A stretch of DNA of 64,000 nucleotides from Eubacteriales bacterium (GTDB taxonomy: Bacteria; Bacillota; Clostridia; Oscillospirales; CAG-272). Location: the NCBI GenBank assembly GCA_045580085.1, contig JAZNND010000018.1, positions 1,783-65,782 of the forward strand. The letters are read 5' to 3'. Position 1 is the first letter of the stretch, and every line of letters starts with the position of its first letter. This document shows positions 18,415 through 27,829 of the stretch, piece after piece. The notes under the pieces are model-generated. The model made no database searches. It was not told the DNA's origin and was given only the letters and a program-made list of their open reading frames with translations. The translations under genes and the position numbers were made by a program.

Positions 18415-19176
18415 ATGGCAGCCATTATTGCCCTTGCCAACCAGAAAGGCGGTGTAGGAAAGACCACTTCTGCCGTTAATCTTGCCGCTTCGCTCGGAAA
18501 ATTGGGAAAAAAGGTTCTTTTGGTGGATATGGATCCCCAGGGAAACGCCACAAGCGGTGTTGGCATTAGTAAAAAAGAAATCAAAAAGACCATTTATGAG
18601 GTTTTGATCGGCACTTCCGAGACGACGGATGCTATTTTGGTAACCAAATATAAGAATTTATCCATTATTCCCTCTAATATTGCTCTGGTGGGTGCTGAAA
18701 TTGATCTTCTTGACATTGAGAAGCGCGAAGAATGCGCCAAAAAGGCTTTGGATGAAGTAAAGGATCAGTACGATTACATATTGATTGACTGCCCTCCCGC
18801 GCTCTCCATGCTGACGGTCAACGCTTTGGTTGCCGCCGATGGCATCATTATTCCCATGCAATGCGAATATTTCGCATTAGAAGGGCTTTCACAGCTTTCC
18901 GTCACCATCAAAAAGGTGCGCCAGCACTATAATCCCCGCTTGTCGATCACGGGTATTCTTTTGACGATGTATAACGGCAGACTCAATCTAACCGCCGGTG
19001 TTGTGCGCGAAATTAAGAAATATTATGCGGACAAGCTCTTTAAACAGCCTATTTCACGCGGTGTAAAGCTTTCCGAGGCACCTTCCTACGGTACTCCCAT
19101 CTGTTATCATGATCCGTACGGCAAGGGTTCTCTCGAATATGCCGCTGTAGCAAAAGAATTGATGCTTCGCATTTAA
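18415..19176 (+). CDS. parA: ParA/Soj chromosome-partitioning ATPase
   Basis: ATG 18415 after GGAGG. Deviant Walker A NQKGGVGKTT. Soj-like sequence throughout. Confidence 0.92.
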   Translation: MAAIIALANQKGGVGKTTSAVNLAASLGKLGKKVLLVDMDPQGNATSGVGISKKEIKKTIYEVLIGTSETTDAILVTKYKNLSIIPSNIALVGAEIDLLDIEKREECAKKALDEVKDQYDYILIDCPPALSMLTVNALVAADGIIIPMQCEYFALEGLSQLSVTIKKVRQHYNPRLSITGILLTMYNGRLNLTAGVVREIKKYYADKLFKQPISRGVKLSEAPSYGTPICYHDPYGKGSLEYAAVAKELMLRI

Positions 19177-19189
19177 TGAATTACAATTT

Positions 19190-19209
19190 AATGTATACAT
19201 GTATACATT
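19190..19209. repeat. Perfect 20-bp palindrome AATGTATACATGTATACATT between parA and parB
   Basis: The sequence is self-complementary over all 20 nt. It lies 14 nt after the parA stop and 24 nt before the parB ATG. Confidence 0.9.
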
Positions 19210-19232
19210 GCAAATAGAAAGGAAATAAGGAC

Positions 19233-20123
19233 ATGGCAAAGAAATCAGGACTCGGACGAGGCATTGACTCGATCTTTTTAGATAATGACTTTGAAGAAGA
19301 GGTAAAAGGCGGTCAAACCACGTTGCGCCTTTCTCAAATCGATCCCACCCTCGGACAACCGAGAAAACATTTTGATCAAGAGGCTTTGGCACAGCTTGCC
19401 GATTCCATTGCGGCGCACGGTGTTTTACAGCCTATTTTGGTGCGCGAGGTCGGTCCCGAACGCTATCAGATCGTCGCCGGTGAACGACGTTGGCGCGCCT
19501 CAAAATTAGCGGGACTTTCAGAGATTCCGGCCATCATCGTGGAAATGACCGAACGGGAAGCGGCAGAGGTCGCGCTTATTGAAAATATACAGCGCGAGGA
19601 TCTCAATCCCATCGAAGAAGCACTCGGATATGAAACACTCAAAAACGAATACGGTCTTACCCAAGAAGAAATCTCCGCCAAAGTAGGCAAAAGCCGTTCC
19701 GCGATTGCCAACACCCTGCGCCTTTTGGCATTGCCCGAGGGCGTACGCGATCTTCTTATAAAGGGAAAGCTCAGCGAAGGGCACGCGCGTGCGCTGCTCG
19801 GTTTGCGCACCGAAACACTCATGCTTCCGCTTGCCGAAAAGATCATGATCGCCGATCTTTCGGTGCGCGATGCCGAAAACGAAGTGCGCCGTATGAACCG
19901 TTTGGCGGATGCACCTGTGGTGGAAGATACCGAAGAAAAGACTATTACGGTAGACTATGTAAAAGAGCTCGAGCGCAAAATGACCACCCATCTTTCCCGC
20001 CGCGTTAAGGTTAGCGCAAAGGGCGCAAAAAAATCCGTTACCCTCTTTTTTGAGGACAACGAGGACTTGGAAGAGCTTCTTATCAGCATTTGCGGCAAAG
20101 ACTTTTTGAAAGAGCTTTTGTAA
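19233..20123 (+). CDS. parB: ParB/Spo0J partition protein
   Basis: LQPILVR, IVAGERRWRA (ParB box) and an HTH (EEISAKVGKSRSAIANTLRLL). Confidence 0.92.
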   Translation: MAKKSGLGRGIDSIFLDNDFEEEVKGGQTTLRLSQIDPTLGQPRKHFDQEALAQLADSIAAHGVLQPILVREVGPERYQIVAGERRWRASKLAGLSEIPAIIVEMTEREAAEVALIENIQREDLNPIEEALGYETLKNEYGLTQEEISAKVGKSRSAIANTLRLLALPEGVRDLLIKGKLSEGHARALLGLRTETLMLPLAEKIMIADLSVRDAENEVRRMNRLADAPVVEDTEEKTITVDYVKELERKMTTHLSRRVKVSAKGAKKSVTLFFEDNEDLEELLISICGKDFLKELL

Positions 20124-20280
20124 GTAAAAAATATAAACGCACGGGAGCGTGTGCAAATATGTACTTACAAAAACCGATTTTTGCAAATTATTATTTACTT
20201 TTTAGCTGTTTTTGACCGTAAACAACCAAAAACACACCGATCCATGCGTTTCTTTATGGATCAAAGAAAGGCAATTCCCT

Positions 20281-21195
20281 ATGTATTTATTTGAACTTCT
20301 ATACCAATATTTCGATGAGATCTATCTTTCGGCATCTCTATCGGGAAATTATCAATATTTGAATTTTACCAAAACCTCGACCACACTTTTGATGATCGTA
20401 GGGGGCTTGTGCCTTGGCATGCTCATTGCCTCCGCATTTGCCATTTATCAAAAAAAGCATGTGGGCAAAGTGATCCGTGCCTTGCTTGCCGCCGAAGCCT
20501 TTGACGAAGAACACGCAAAAACCTTAGAAGAATTGGGACTTGAAAAAAGTGCCATCACCAAGCACGCGCTTTCCACCCCCTCCGCGGCAAGAAAGCTTTT
20601 AACCATCATCGATCGGGGAGACGTCTTTTCTTATAAAGACGAGCTTGCCGCCGCCTTTCCCGAATACGCCGCCTACTTAAAAGAAGAGGAAGAAAAAGCC
20701 AAAGCGGAGGCAGAAGCGAAAGCAGAAGGTGAAGCGGAAGCTGCAGCGGAAGACGTGGCTGAAGCGGAAGGCGTAGCTGAAGCGGAAGGCGCAGAGGAAG
20801 CAACAGCGGAGGCGACAACGGAAGTTGAAGCCACAGCGGAAGCCCCCCAAGAAGAAAAAGGCGAGGGCGAAACGGCACCCGAAGAAAAAGCAGAGGAAAG
20901 AGAAGAGAAGGAAGGCGAAATTAAAAAATCCGACAAACTCAAAAATTTCTTTTTTGAAAAGCGTTTCCGTGTGCGCAAGCTTGATTTTGCCACCGCCAAA
21001 TTCTTTATTTCGGATGAATTGCGCTACCGCGCGGAATTCCGCTTTAAGGAAAAGGGCAACTCTTGGTGGGGGCTCATCATCGCCTTTGTGCTTTTATGCG
21101 CGGTATTTTTGGTTTGCCTGCGCTTTATCCCCGTCTTTGTTAATATGTTGGATTCTGCCATCGTCAACGTCATCGGCAACAATGTGAAAAAATAA
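20281..21195 (+). CDS. Membrane protein with central Glu/Ala-rich low-complexity region
   Basis: ATG 20281 after AAAGAAAGG. One TM near the N-terminus (LLMIVGGLCLGMLIASAFAI) and one near the C-terminus. EAEAKAEGEAEAAAEDVAEAEGVAEAEG repeats. Confidence 0.5.
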   Translation: MYLFELLYQYFDEIYLSASLSGNYQYLNFTKTSTTLLMIVGGLCLGMLIASAFAIYQKKHVGKVIRALLAAEAFDEEHAKTLEELGLEKSAITKHALSTPSAARKLLTIIDRGDVFSYKDELAAAFPEYAAYLKEEEEKAKAEAEAKAEGEAEAAAEDVAEAEGVAEAEGAEEATAEATTEVEATAEAPQEEKGEGETAPEEKAEEREEKEGEIKKSDKLKNFFFEKRFRVRKLDFATAKFFISDELRYRAEFRFKEKGNSWWGLIIAFVLLCAVFLVCLRFIPVFVNMLDSAIVNVIGNNVKK

Positions 21196-21223
21196 TTTTT
21201 CTCCTTCAGAAAGGATTTCTCCC

Positions 21224-21973
21224 ATGAAAAGGGTGCTCTACTCGCACTTTACACCTCTTTGCCGCGTGTGGATTTTATGCGTAGCATTGGCTGTTATCGC
21301 GGCGACTATATGGACAAACGCATCACTCTGGCTTTTGATCGCATGCTATGTTTTTTTGGGGCTTTTGCCGCCCGCACTTTTTACTTTAAATGTCAGAAAC
21401 GAACAGCGTGCCGCTTTGGAAGCCTTGAAGGGCGGCAATCCCGAACCCCTTTACCGTTTTACAAGTCTGTTTAAGAATCCTTCGCTCGATATCACTATGA
21501 ATCACGCCTTATCTCTGTACGAGCTCGGCAAAAAGAAGCAAGCGTTTGAGACGCTTCGCGCGGCAGAACCAAAGCATTTTAAAAACCGTATACAAGCGGT
21601 CGGCTATTATCATAACCTTTGCCTTTTTTCGGAAAATCTTGACGATATGCGTCTCTATTTTGAAAAAGAAAAAACGGCACTTTCGCTTTTGGATAATCGA
21701 AAATTTTTTGCCTATAAAGAGCGTCTTTTAAAAATGGCACAAGCGCATCTTTTGTGTGCCGAAGGGAAATACGAACAAACGCTCACAATTTTAAACGGCA
21801 TTTTAGAGAATTATCCCAAATCTTATCCCTTTTTGCTCCTCAAAGCCAAATGTCTTTTGGCAATCGAAAAAGATCCGACGGAAGCAAAAGAGATTCTTTC
21901 CTACATCTTTTTTCACGCGCCGTGCATGGCAGCCGGCAGAGAAGCGGAAACACTTTTATCTACTTTAGAATAA
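21224..21973 (+). CDS. Hypothetical membrane-anchored helical-repeat (TPR-like) protein
   Basis: Two N-terminal hydrophobic helices followed by helical repeats. No catalytic motif recognised. Confidence 0.4.
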   Translation: MKRVLYSHFTPLCRVWILCVALAVIAATIWTNASLWLLIACYVFLGLLPPALFTLNVRNEQRAALEALKGGNPEPLYRFTSLFKNPSLDITMNHALSLYELGKKKQAFETLRAAEPKHFKNRIQAVGYYHNLCLFSENLDDMRLYFEKEKTALSLLDNRKFFAYKERLLKMAQAHLLCAEGKYEQTLTILNGILENYPKSYPFLLLKAKCLLAIEKDPTEAKEILSYIFFHAPCMAAGREAETLLSTLE

Positions 21974-21978
21974 AAACG

Positions 21979-22008
21979 GGGGCTGTGTCACAATCGGTGA
22001 ACAGCCCC
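21979..22008. terminator. Bidirectional hairpin terminator between convergent genes
   Basis: GGGGCTGT (21979-21986) pairs with ACAGCCCC (22001-22008). A/T runs on both sides. Confidence 0.6.
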
Positions 22009-22024
22009 TTCATCATTTATTATA

Positions 22025-23071
22025 TTAAATCAATACTTCCTTCTTTTCGGCGGAAGAACGGTAGATACCGTCTAGGATGCGCTGCATCGTGAGTGCATCG
22101 TCCAAAGAAGAGATCGGTGTTTCGCCGCTTTCCAAGCAATCGAGGAAATGAGCAATCTCATTGTAGAAATAATCGCCCGTTTTTTTGTTGAGATCGATGG
22201 AAACCTTTTCATCCGCCAAATATCCCTCGTTGTTTTCGCCGTAGACGGTCAAAGGCTCAAAGGTCATACCCGCTTTACTTCCGTAAAGCTGAATATAGTT
22301 CTGCCCTTCGCCGTTCTGTGCCCAAGCCACATCCGCCATCATAACGGCACCGTTTTCAAAACGGATGTATGCGGTTGCGCTGTCCTCGGTGTCAAAAGTA
22401 CCGTCGCCCTTATCAAAGGCACTCCATCTTTCCACACCCTTGGTTTCAAAATTGCCGATGGCATACGAGCAAGAAGCACTCACACTGACAGGGCGCGGAC
22501 GGCCCATCAAATACCACGCGCGGTCAATGCAATGCACGCCAAGGTCAATCACGGGACCACCGCCCGAACGCTTTTTATCGGTGAACCAACCGATCGGCGT
22601 ACCGCGGCGGCGGGTATAGACGGCTTTGGCAAGATAAATATCACCGAATCTGCCTGCTTCGCGCATTTTTTCGGCGGTTTGTACGTCTACACCGTAACGT
22701 GTTACCACGGCAAGCATAAAGGGCACGTTATTTTCGCGGATGGCTTTCTCCATCGCCAAAGAATTCTCAAGAGAATTGGACATGGGCTTTTCGCAAAGAA
22801 TTGCCTTTTTTGCTTTTGCGGCAGCGATGGCTACCGAAGCGTGCTCACGGTTCCAAGTGCAGATATCCACGTAATCGATATCCTCTTTTTCGAGCATTTC
22901 CTCCACAGAACCGTACGCCGCGCAACCGATCTTTTCAGCGGCAGCCTTAGCACGGTCCAAATTGATGTCCGCGACAGCAACGATTTTAACGCGATCCTCG
23001 AGTTTTTGATAAGCGGGAACATGACAAGACATGGCAATATTACCCGCACCGACAATACCGACTTTAAACAT
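22025..23071 (-). CDS. Gfo/Idh/MocA-family NAD(P)-dependent oxidoreductase
   Basis: N-terminal MFKVGIVGAGNIA Rossmann motif. EKPM segment (ILCEKPMS). Confidence 0.85.
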   Translation of the reverse strand: MFKVGIVGAGNIAMSCHVPAYQKLEDRVKIVAVADINLDRAKAAAEKIGCAAYGSVEEMLEKEDIDYVDICTWNREHASVAIAAAKAKKAILCEKPMSNSLENSLAMEKAIRENNVPFMLAVVTRYGVDVQTAEKMREAGRFGDIYLAKAVYTRRRGTPIGWFTDKKRSGGGPVIDLGVHCIDRAWYLMGRPRPVSVSASCSYAIGNFETKGVERWSAFDKGDGTFDTEDSATAYIRFENGAVMMADVAWAQNGEGQNYIQLYGSKAGMTFEPLTVYGENNEGYLADEKVSIDLNKKTGDYFYNEIAHFLDCLESGETPISSLDDALTMQRILDGIYRSSAEKKEVLI

Positions 23072-23100
23072 ATTTTTATTTTCCTTTCCTATATAATAAA

Positions 23101-23952
23101 TCAGTCCTCAATTAGGCTTCGCATATATTTCAACCCGTTTTCAAGCGCGGGAATATTGTCCTCCGCCCCCTCAAACTCCAAAGAAACGGTGCCTTGATAT
23201 CCGCTTTTCTTTAAAAACGCGAAGGTTTCTTTCACGGGGATATCACCGTGCCCAAGCACGGTTCCGCGCCAAAGATTGCCGCCGCGGCTTTTTGAAAAAC
23301 CGAAGGGCTCCTTTTCGGAAGCTTTCTTTAAAATCATGTCCTTGGCATGCACATGAAAAATGTAGGGAAGTGCCATATCGTATGCCTCCCTCGCGTCTCT
23401 GTCAGCCACGGAGAAATTGCCCATATCAAAAAGCCACCCGTAGTTTTGATGACCGACCGCTTGAATCAAAGCAAGCATTCTTTCGGGATCCTGATAAATC
23501 TTACCGTGATTTTCGCTTCCGGTTTTGATACCCTTGCTTTCGGCATATTCCGCCACACGGCGAATATAGGGTGCCATATCGCGCACACCGTCTTCCCAGG
23601 TATAGCCATCCTCATTTTTTAAAGCAAAGGAAGCATCGTGCCGCATAAAAGGCACACCGAGAATGGCGGCAATATCAACCTCTTCCATCACTTTTTTTGT
23701 TTCCTCTTCGATGTCATCAGCCAAAAAATTGGCACCGACGGCATAAGAAACAATCGGAAGAGAGAGCTCCGCGCAAATTTTTTTCAAACGCCGCGCGCAC
23801 TCCTCGCGGCTTTCATTCCCTTCGGGGGTTAGAGTAGTAAATTCAATTCCGTCAAAACCGATCTCTTTGGCAAGACGGCAAATCTCTTCATAAGAAGCTC
23901 CGCTTTTTCTTTGATGAGAAGAAAAGCTGTAGGAGCTGACACAAAGAAGCAT
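23101..23952 (-). CDS. Sugar phosphate isomerase/epimerase (xylose-isomerase-like TIM barrel)
   Basis: ATG at 23952 after AGGAGG (the listed ORF extends to 24030). LAKEIGFDGIEF, ENHG and HVHAKD segments. Confidence 0.75.
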   Translation of the reverse strand: MLLCVSSYSFSSHQRKSGASYEEICRLAKEIGFDGIEFTTLTPEGNESREECARRLKKICAELSLPIVSYAVGANFLADDIEEETKKVMEEVDIAAILGVPFMRHDASFALKNEDGYTWEDGVRDMAPYIRRVAEYAESKGIKTGSENHGKIYQDPERMLALIQAVGHQNYGWLFDMGNFSVADRDAREAYDMALPYIFHVHAKDMILKKASEKEPFGFSKSRGGNLWRGTVLGHGDIPVKETFAFLKKSGYQGTVSLEFEGAEDNIPALENGLKYMRSLIED

Positions 23953-24203
23953 GTTAAATCCTCCTTTTTTCTTTGCTACCGTTTTCATTGTAACATCATC
24001 TATGACCGAAATCAACAATAATATTGCCATTTCATAACATTATATTGTTTTAATTTGTTTTTTTTGTTCTCTTTTTGGGTTTTATATTGCTTTTTATTGC
24101 TTTTTGTGCTATACTATTTACGATATTTGAAGATGTTTTTTCTAATTTAAGTTTTCATTTTAAAAAATAAAATTAATTTTTATAAAGAAAGGAAACACGT
24201 GTG

Positions 24204-25925
24204 ATGATGAAAAAGAAAGCAATAAAGTATACTATTGTTTATATTTTAGAGCTTATTTTGGTAGGTTTGGTTTACTATATAACCCTTCCTCCTCTCAATC
24301 CGCAATCCACAAGCTTTTGGATTTTTCTTGCTTTTGTTGTTTTTCTCGGCATTTTGCCTTTCGGTTTTCAATCAAACAAAGCGGATGCGCCGAACCGAGA
24401 GAGAAACGAAAAAAACACTTCTCCCATGAATGCTCTTTTATCAAAATGGATGTCAAACGGTGAAAACAAAAAATATAAGGCAAAAAAAATTCTCCTTATT
24501 GCGCTTTTGCCCGTCTTGGTAATCATCGTCGGCAGTATCATTTCTTCCACCTTTTTCAACGCCACGAAATATGCAAACATTATTACCGTAACCGAGGCTG
24601 ACTTCAGCAAAGATATGCCCGAGAGCGATACCGTCACAAACATTGCTTTGATGGATTCCGAAACTGCCGCCATCGTCGGCAACCGCACCCTCGGCTCTCT
24701 TTCCCACGTGGTATCGCAGTATGAAATAGCAGACACTTATACCCAAATCAATTACAAGTACACGCCCAAGAAGGTGGCTAATCTCGAATACGCAGGCTTC
24801 TTTAAATGGCTCGGCAACCGCGCAAACGGTATTCCCGGCTACGTTATGGTCGATCCCGTTCTCAATACCGCCGAATACCGCGAACTCAAAAATCCCATGA
24901 AATACGTAGACAGCGGATTTTTAGGGGATGACTTGATGAGAAAGCTTCGCTTTGATTATCCCACCAAAATTTTCGGTACCGTTCGCTATGAAGTGGATGA
25001 CGAAGGGAATCCCATTTATATCGTTCCTTGCATGAAGGCAAGCGTCGGCATTTTCGGTGCTTACGATGTCAAGGAAGTGATTCTCTTTGATCCTTGCACG
25101 GGAGAATCTCAACTCTATGATATCAAAGATACACCCGCATGGATCGATGCCGTGTACGACGGCGATCTCGCCACCGAAAAATACAACTGGAAGGGTATGT
25201 ATTCGGGCGGCTTTTGGAACAGCGTTATCGGAAACCGTGATTGTAAAGTAACTACCGACGATTACGGCTATATCGTTATCGGAGACGACGTTTGGTATTT
25301 TACCGGTGTCACTTCCGTCAACAACGACCGCAGTAACATCGGATTTATCATCACCAATGCCCGTACGGGTGAATATAAATTTTACCCCGTTATCGGTGCG
25401 GAAGAGCATTCGGCTATGAGTGCCGCCGAAGGTGAAGTGCAAGAAAAAGGATACGTTGCTTCTTTCCCCGTCTTAATTAATGTGGAAGGCAAAGCCACTT
25501 ATATCATGGTTTTGAAGGACGCCGGCGGCCTTGTGAAGCTTTACGCGCTCGTCAATGTCGAAAAATACAGCATTGTTGCCACCGCCTCCACCCAAGAGGA
25601 AGCCATGGCGGCTTATAAAGAACTCTTGAAGGAAGAGGGCATCATCAAAGATCAAGAAGAAGAAAACGGCGGCGGAGAACAACCTCCCTTAGATCTTGAA
25701 GCCACGGTCCTGATCGAAGGCAAAGAAGTTTATACCGTAAACGGAGAAAGCGTATTCTACTTTAAGGTGAAAATAAACGGACAAAGCGTGCTTCTCGAAA
25801 AGAAATTGGCGGATGATAAAAACATTCTCTTTATTTCGGTTTCCGACACCTTGACGGTCACCTACCGCACCACCGAAAACGAACAAATTTACGAGCTTAT
25901 TTCCTACAAAACCGTAACCGAATGA
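24204..25925 (+). CDS. Conserved membrane protein with large extracytoplasmic domain (function unknown)
   Basis: Three N-terminal TM segments followed by about 450 aa that are soluble-looking and beta-rich. No motif recognised. Confidence 0.45.
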   Translation: MMKKKAIKYTIVYILELILVGLVYYITLPPLNPQSTSFWIFLAFVVFLGILPFGFQSNKADAPNRERNEKNTSPMNALLSKWMSNGENKKYKAKKILLIALLPVLVIIVGSIISSTFFNATKYANIITVTEADFSKDMPESDTVTNIALMDSETAAIVGNRTLGSLSHVVSQYEIADTYTQINYKYTPKKVANLEYAGFFKWLGNRANGIPGYVMVDPVLNTAEYRELKNPMKYVDSGFLGDDLMRKLRFDYPTKIFGTVRYEVDDEGNPIYIVPCMKASVGIFGAYDVKEVILFDPCTGESQLYDIKDTPAWIDAVYDGDLATEKYNWKGMYSGGFWNSVIGNRDCKVTTDDYGYIVIGDDVWYFTGVTSVNNDRSNIGFIITNARTGEYKFYPVIGAEEHSAMSAAEGEVQEKGYVASFPVLINVEGKATYIMVLKDAGGLVKLYALVNVEKYSIVATASTQEEAMAAYKELLKEEGIIKDQEEENGGGEQPPLDLEATVLIEGKEVYTVNGESVFYFKVKINGQSVLLEKKLADDKNILFISVSDTLTVTYRTTENEQIYELISYKTVTE

Positions 25926-25941
25926 TCTTATTTTTCATAGC

Positions 25942-25973
25942 GGGCTGTCTTTAAAAAGGCAGCCCCTTTTTTT
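25942..25973 (+). terminator. Rho-independent terminator
   Basis: GGGCTG...CAGCCC stem followed by a T7 run. Confidence 0.75.
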
Positions 25974-26124
25974 GCTTTTATTAACTAAAAATTTACAATT
26001 TAAGATACTCTTAAAACACCCCTTTTTATGCCCTTTTATGCTATAATAGACGTAGTTATATTTATATAATAATTTGAAGATTTTTTTGATAAATCCACAC
26101 GGAAAAACCAAAGAAAGGACACTT

Positions 26125-27513
26125 ATGGACGAGTTAAAAAGCATTTGTGACATGGTGCTTCAAAACCTATCGGAAAAGTATGCGCGCACGGTTTATCAAC
26201 TCTGGTTTGAGGATATGAAACTGCGCGAACTGACCGAAACCGAAGCCACCTTTACCATCAATACAAATTTCAAGTGCAAAACCTTGGAAAAGCATTATAA
26301 AGCCCCCATCACGCAAGCACTGAGTGAAGTGCTCGGTTTCGAGATTGAGGTTAAATTCGCCTCCACCGAAGGGGAGGACGGAGAGAGCACCGTTTTTGAT
26401 ATGATCCGCAAAAAGGGCGAGGAAGAAGAGAAAGCCCAGCGTCTTGCCGAAGCGGAACATGAAAAAGAGGTTATTTCCAAGCTCGTCTCACAAGCCATCG
26501 TGGAGGAATACAACTTCGGCAACTTCGTTGTGGGCGAATCCAATAAATTTGCTTTTGCCGCTTGCTTCGCCGTTGCCAGCGATGACGGCAGTAATTATAA
26601 CCCCCTCTTTATCCACGGTCCCAGCGGCCTCGGCAAAACCCACCTTTTGTTTGCCATCACCAATGAGATTAAAAAGAGAAAACCCAACGTCCGCATCGTT
26701 TATAAAAAGGGTGAGGAATTTACCAATGAGCTGATCACGAGCTTAAAAGACGGTACCATGATCGAATTCCGCAACAAATACCGCTATGCGGATCTTCTGT
26801 TGATCGACGATATTCAGTTTATTGCCGGCAAAACCTCCACTCAAGAGGAATTTTTCCATACCTTCTCCACGCTTTACGAAAACGGAAAGCAAATCATCAT
26901 CACCTCCGACCGTCCGCCGAAGGAAATCAATCCCTTGGAAGAAAGGCTCCGTTCGCGTTTTGAATGGGGTGTGCTTGCGGATATCCAACCGCCGAGTGAG
27001 GAATTGCGCATTGCCATCATCCGCCAAAAAACCGAACAGCTCGGTGCCGTTATTCCGGAGGACGCGGTGGAGTTTTTGGCAAACAGCTTGCAGAAAAACA
27101 TCCGTCAGATCGAAGGTGCCATCAAAAAGATCGTGGCAATCTCGGATATCACCAATACGCCCATTTCTCTTGATATGTGCCGCCGCGCCATTGCGGATAT
27201 CGTTTCGGGCATCGAACCTTCTCCCGTCACGGTAGACCGTATTTTAAAGGTTGTCAGCGACCATTACGGCGTATCCATTGAGGATATCAAGGGAACCAAG
27301 CGCATCGCCAACATCGCGCAAGCGCGCCATATGTGCATTTATTTAATGCGTTATAATACCGAGATGTCTTTCGCGGAGATCGGCAAGATTTTCTCCCGCG
27401 ATTATTCTACCACAATAAGCTCGGTTAAAAAGATCGAAACCGACCGTTCCGACGATCCCTTTTTACACGCCGTTATCGGAGAGCTCACCAATAAAATCAA
27501 GGCGGAAAACTGA
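26125..27513 (+). CDS. dnaA: Chromosomal replication initiator DnaA
   Basis: ATG 26125 after AAAGGA. Walker A GPSGLGKTHLL. C-terminal DNA-binding domain (IANIAQARHMCIYLMR...SFAEIGKIFSRDYSTTISSVKKI). Confidence 0.95.
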   Translation: MDELKSICDMVLQNLSEKYARTVYQLWFEDMKLRELTETEATFTINTNFKCKTLEKHYKAPITQALSEVLGFEIEVKFASTEGEDGESTVFDMIRKKGEEEEKAQRLAEAEHEKEVISKLVSQAIVEEYNFGNFVVGESNKFAFAACFAVASDDGSNYNPLFIHGPSGLGKTHLLFAITNEIKKRKPNVRIVYKKGEEFTNELITSLKDGTMIEFRNKYRYADLLLIDDIQFIAGKTSTQEEFFHTFSTLYENGKQIIITSDRPPKEINPLEERLRSRFEWGVLADIQPPSEELRIAIIRQKTEQLGAVIPEDAVEFLANSLQKNIRQIEGAIKKIVAISDITNTPISLDMCRRAIADIVSGIEPSPVTVDRILKVVSDHYGVSIEDIKGTKRIANIAQARHMCIYLMRYNTEMSFAEIGKIFSRDYSTTISSVKKIETDRSDDPFLHAVIGELTNKIKAEN

Positions 27514-27534
27514 TTTTTTCTCCCTTTTTGTGAG

Positions 27535-27639
27535 TTTTCAACATTTTAATGTGTAAAACCCCTGTTTTTCCCTAACCTAGTTTTACACATGAGTTTTCAA
27601 CAATATATGTGGAAAACTGTGTTGAAAACTTTTTCAACA
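27535..27639. promoter_or_regulatory. oriC DnaA-box cluster (seven 9-mers) in the dnaA-dnaN spacer
   Basis: TTTTCAACA 27535, TGTGTAAAA 27550, TTTTACACA 27581, TTTTCAACA 27594, TGTGGAAAA 27608, TGTTGAAAA 27620, TTTTCAACA 27631. These are relaxed matches to TTWTNCACA. Confidence 0.7.
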
Positions 27640-27738
27640 CCTTTTAAACATGTTTTAAGATAAGAAATAAACATATAAAAAATCCCAAAAGCGGCATGGG
27701 GTGTGGCTTTTGAAGCTTTTCCCTTCTCTTAACACCCC

Positions 27739-27762
27739 CTACTACTCCTACTTCTTCTACTA
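27739..27762. repeat. DnaA-trio-like array: eight CTN trinucleotides (CTA CTA CTC CTA CTT CTT CTA CTA)
   Basis: Preceded by a short C-run (CACCCCC) and followed by the AT-rich TAATATATTAAACAAT. The bottom strand reads TAG repeats. Confidence 0.5.
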
Positions 27763-27829
27763 CCTAATATATTAAACAATCTCGCTTTTTCCGCTTCGCG
27801 GTGAGAATAAAGGCGGATACGAAAGGAAT

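Noticed and set aside
20690-20880. The GAAGC-rich repetitive DNA could be a VNTR or non-coding tandem repeat.
   Set aside because: It is in frame within the 20281-21195 ORF and encodes an imperfect Glu/Ala low-complexity linker. Only about two near-identical 18-bp units are present.
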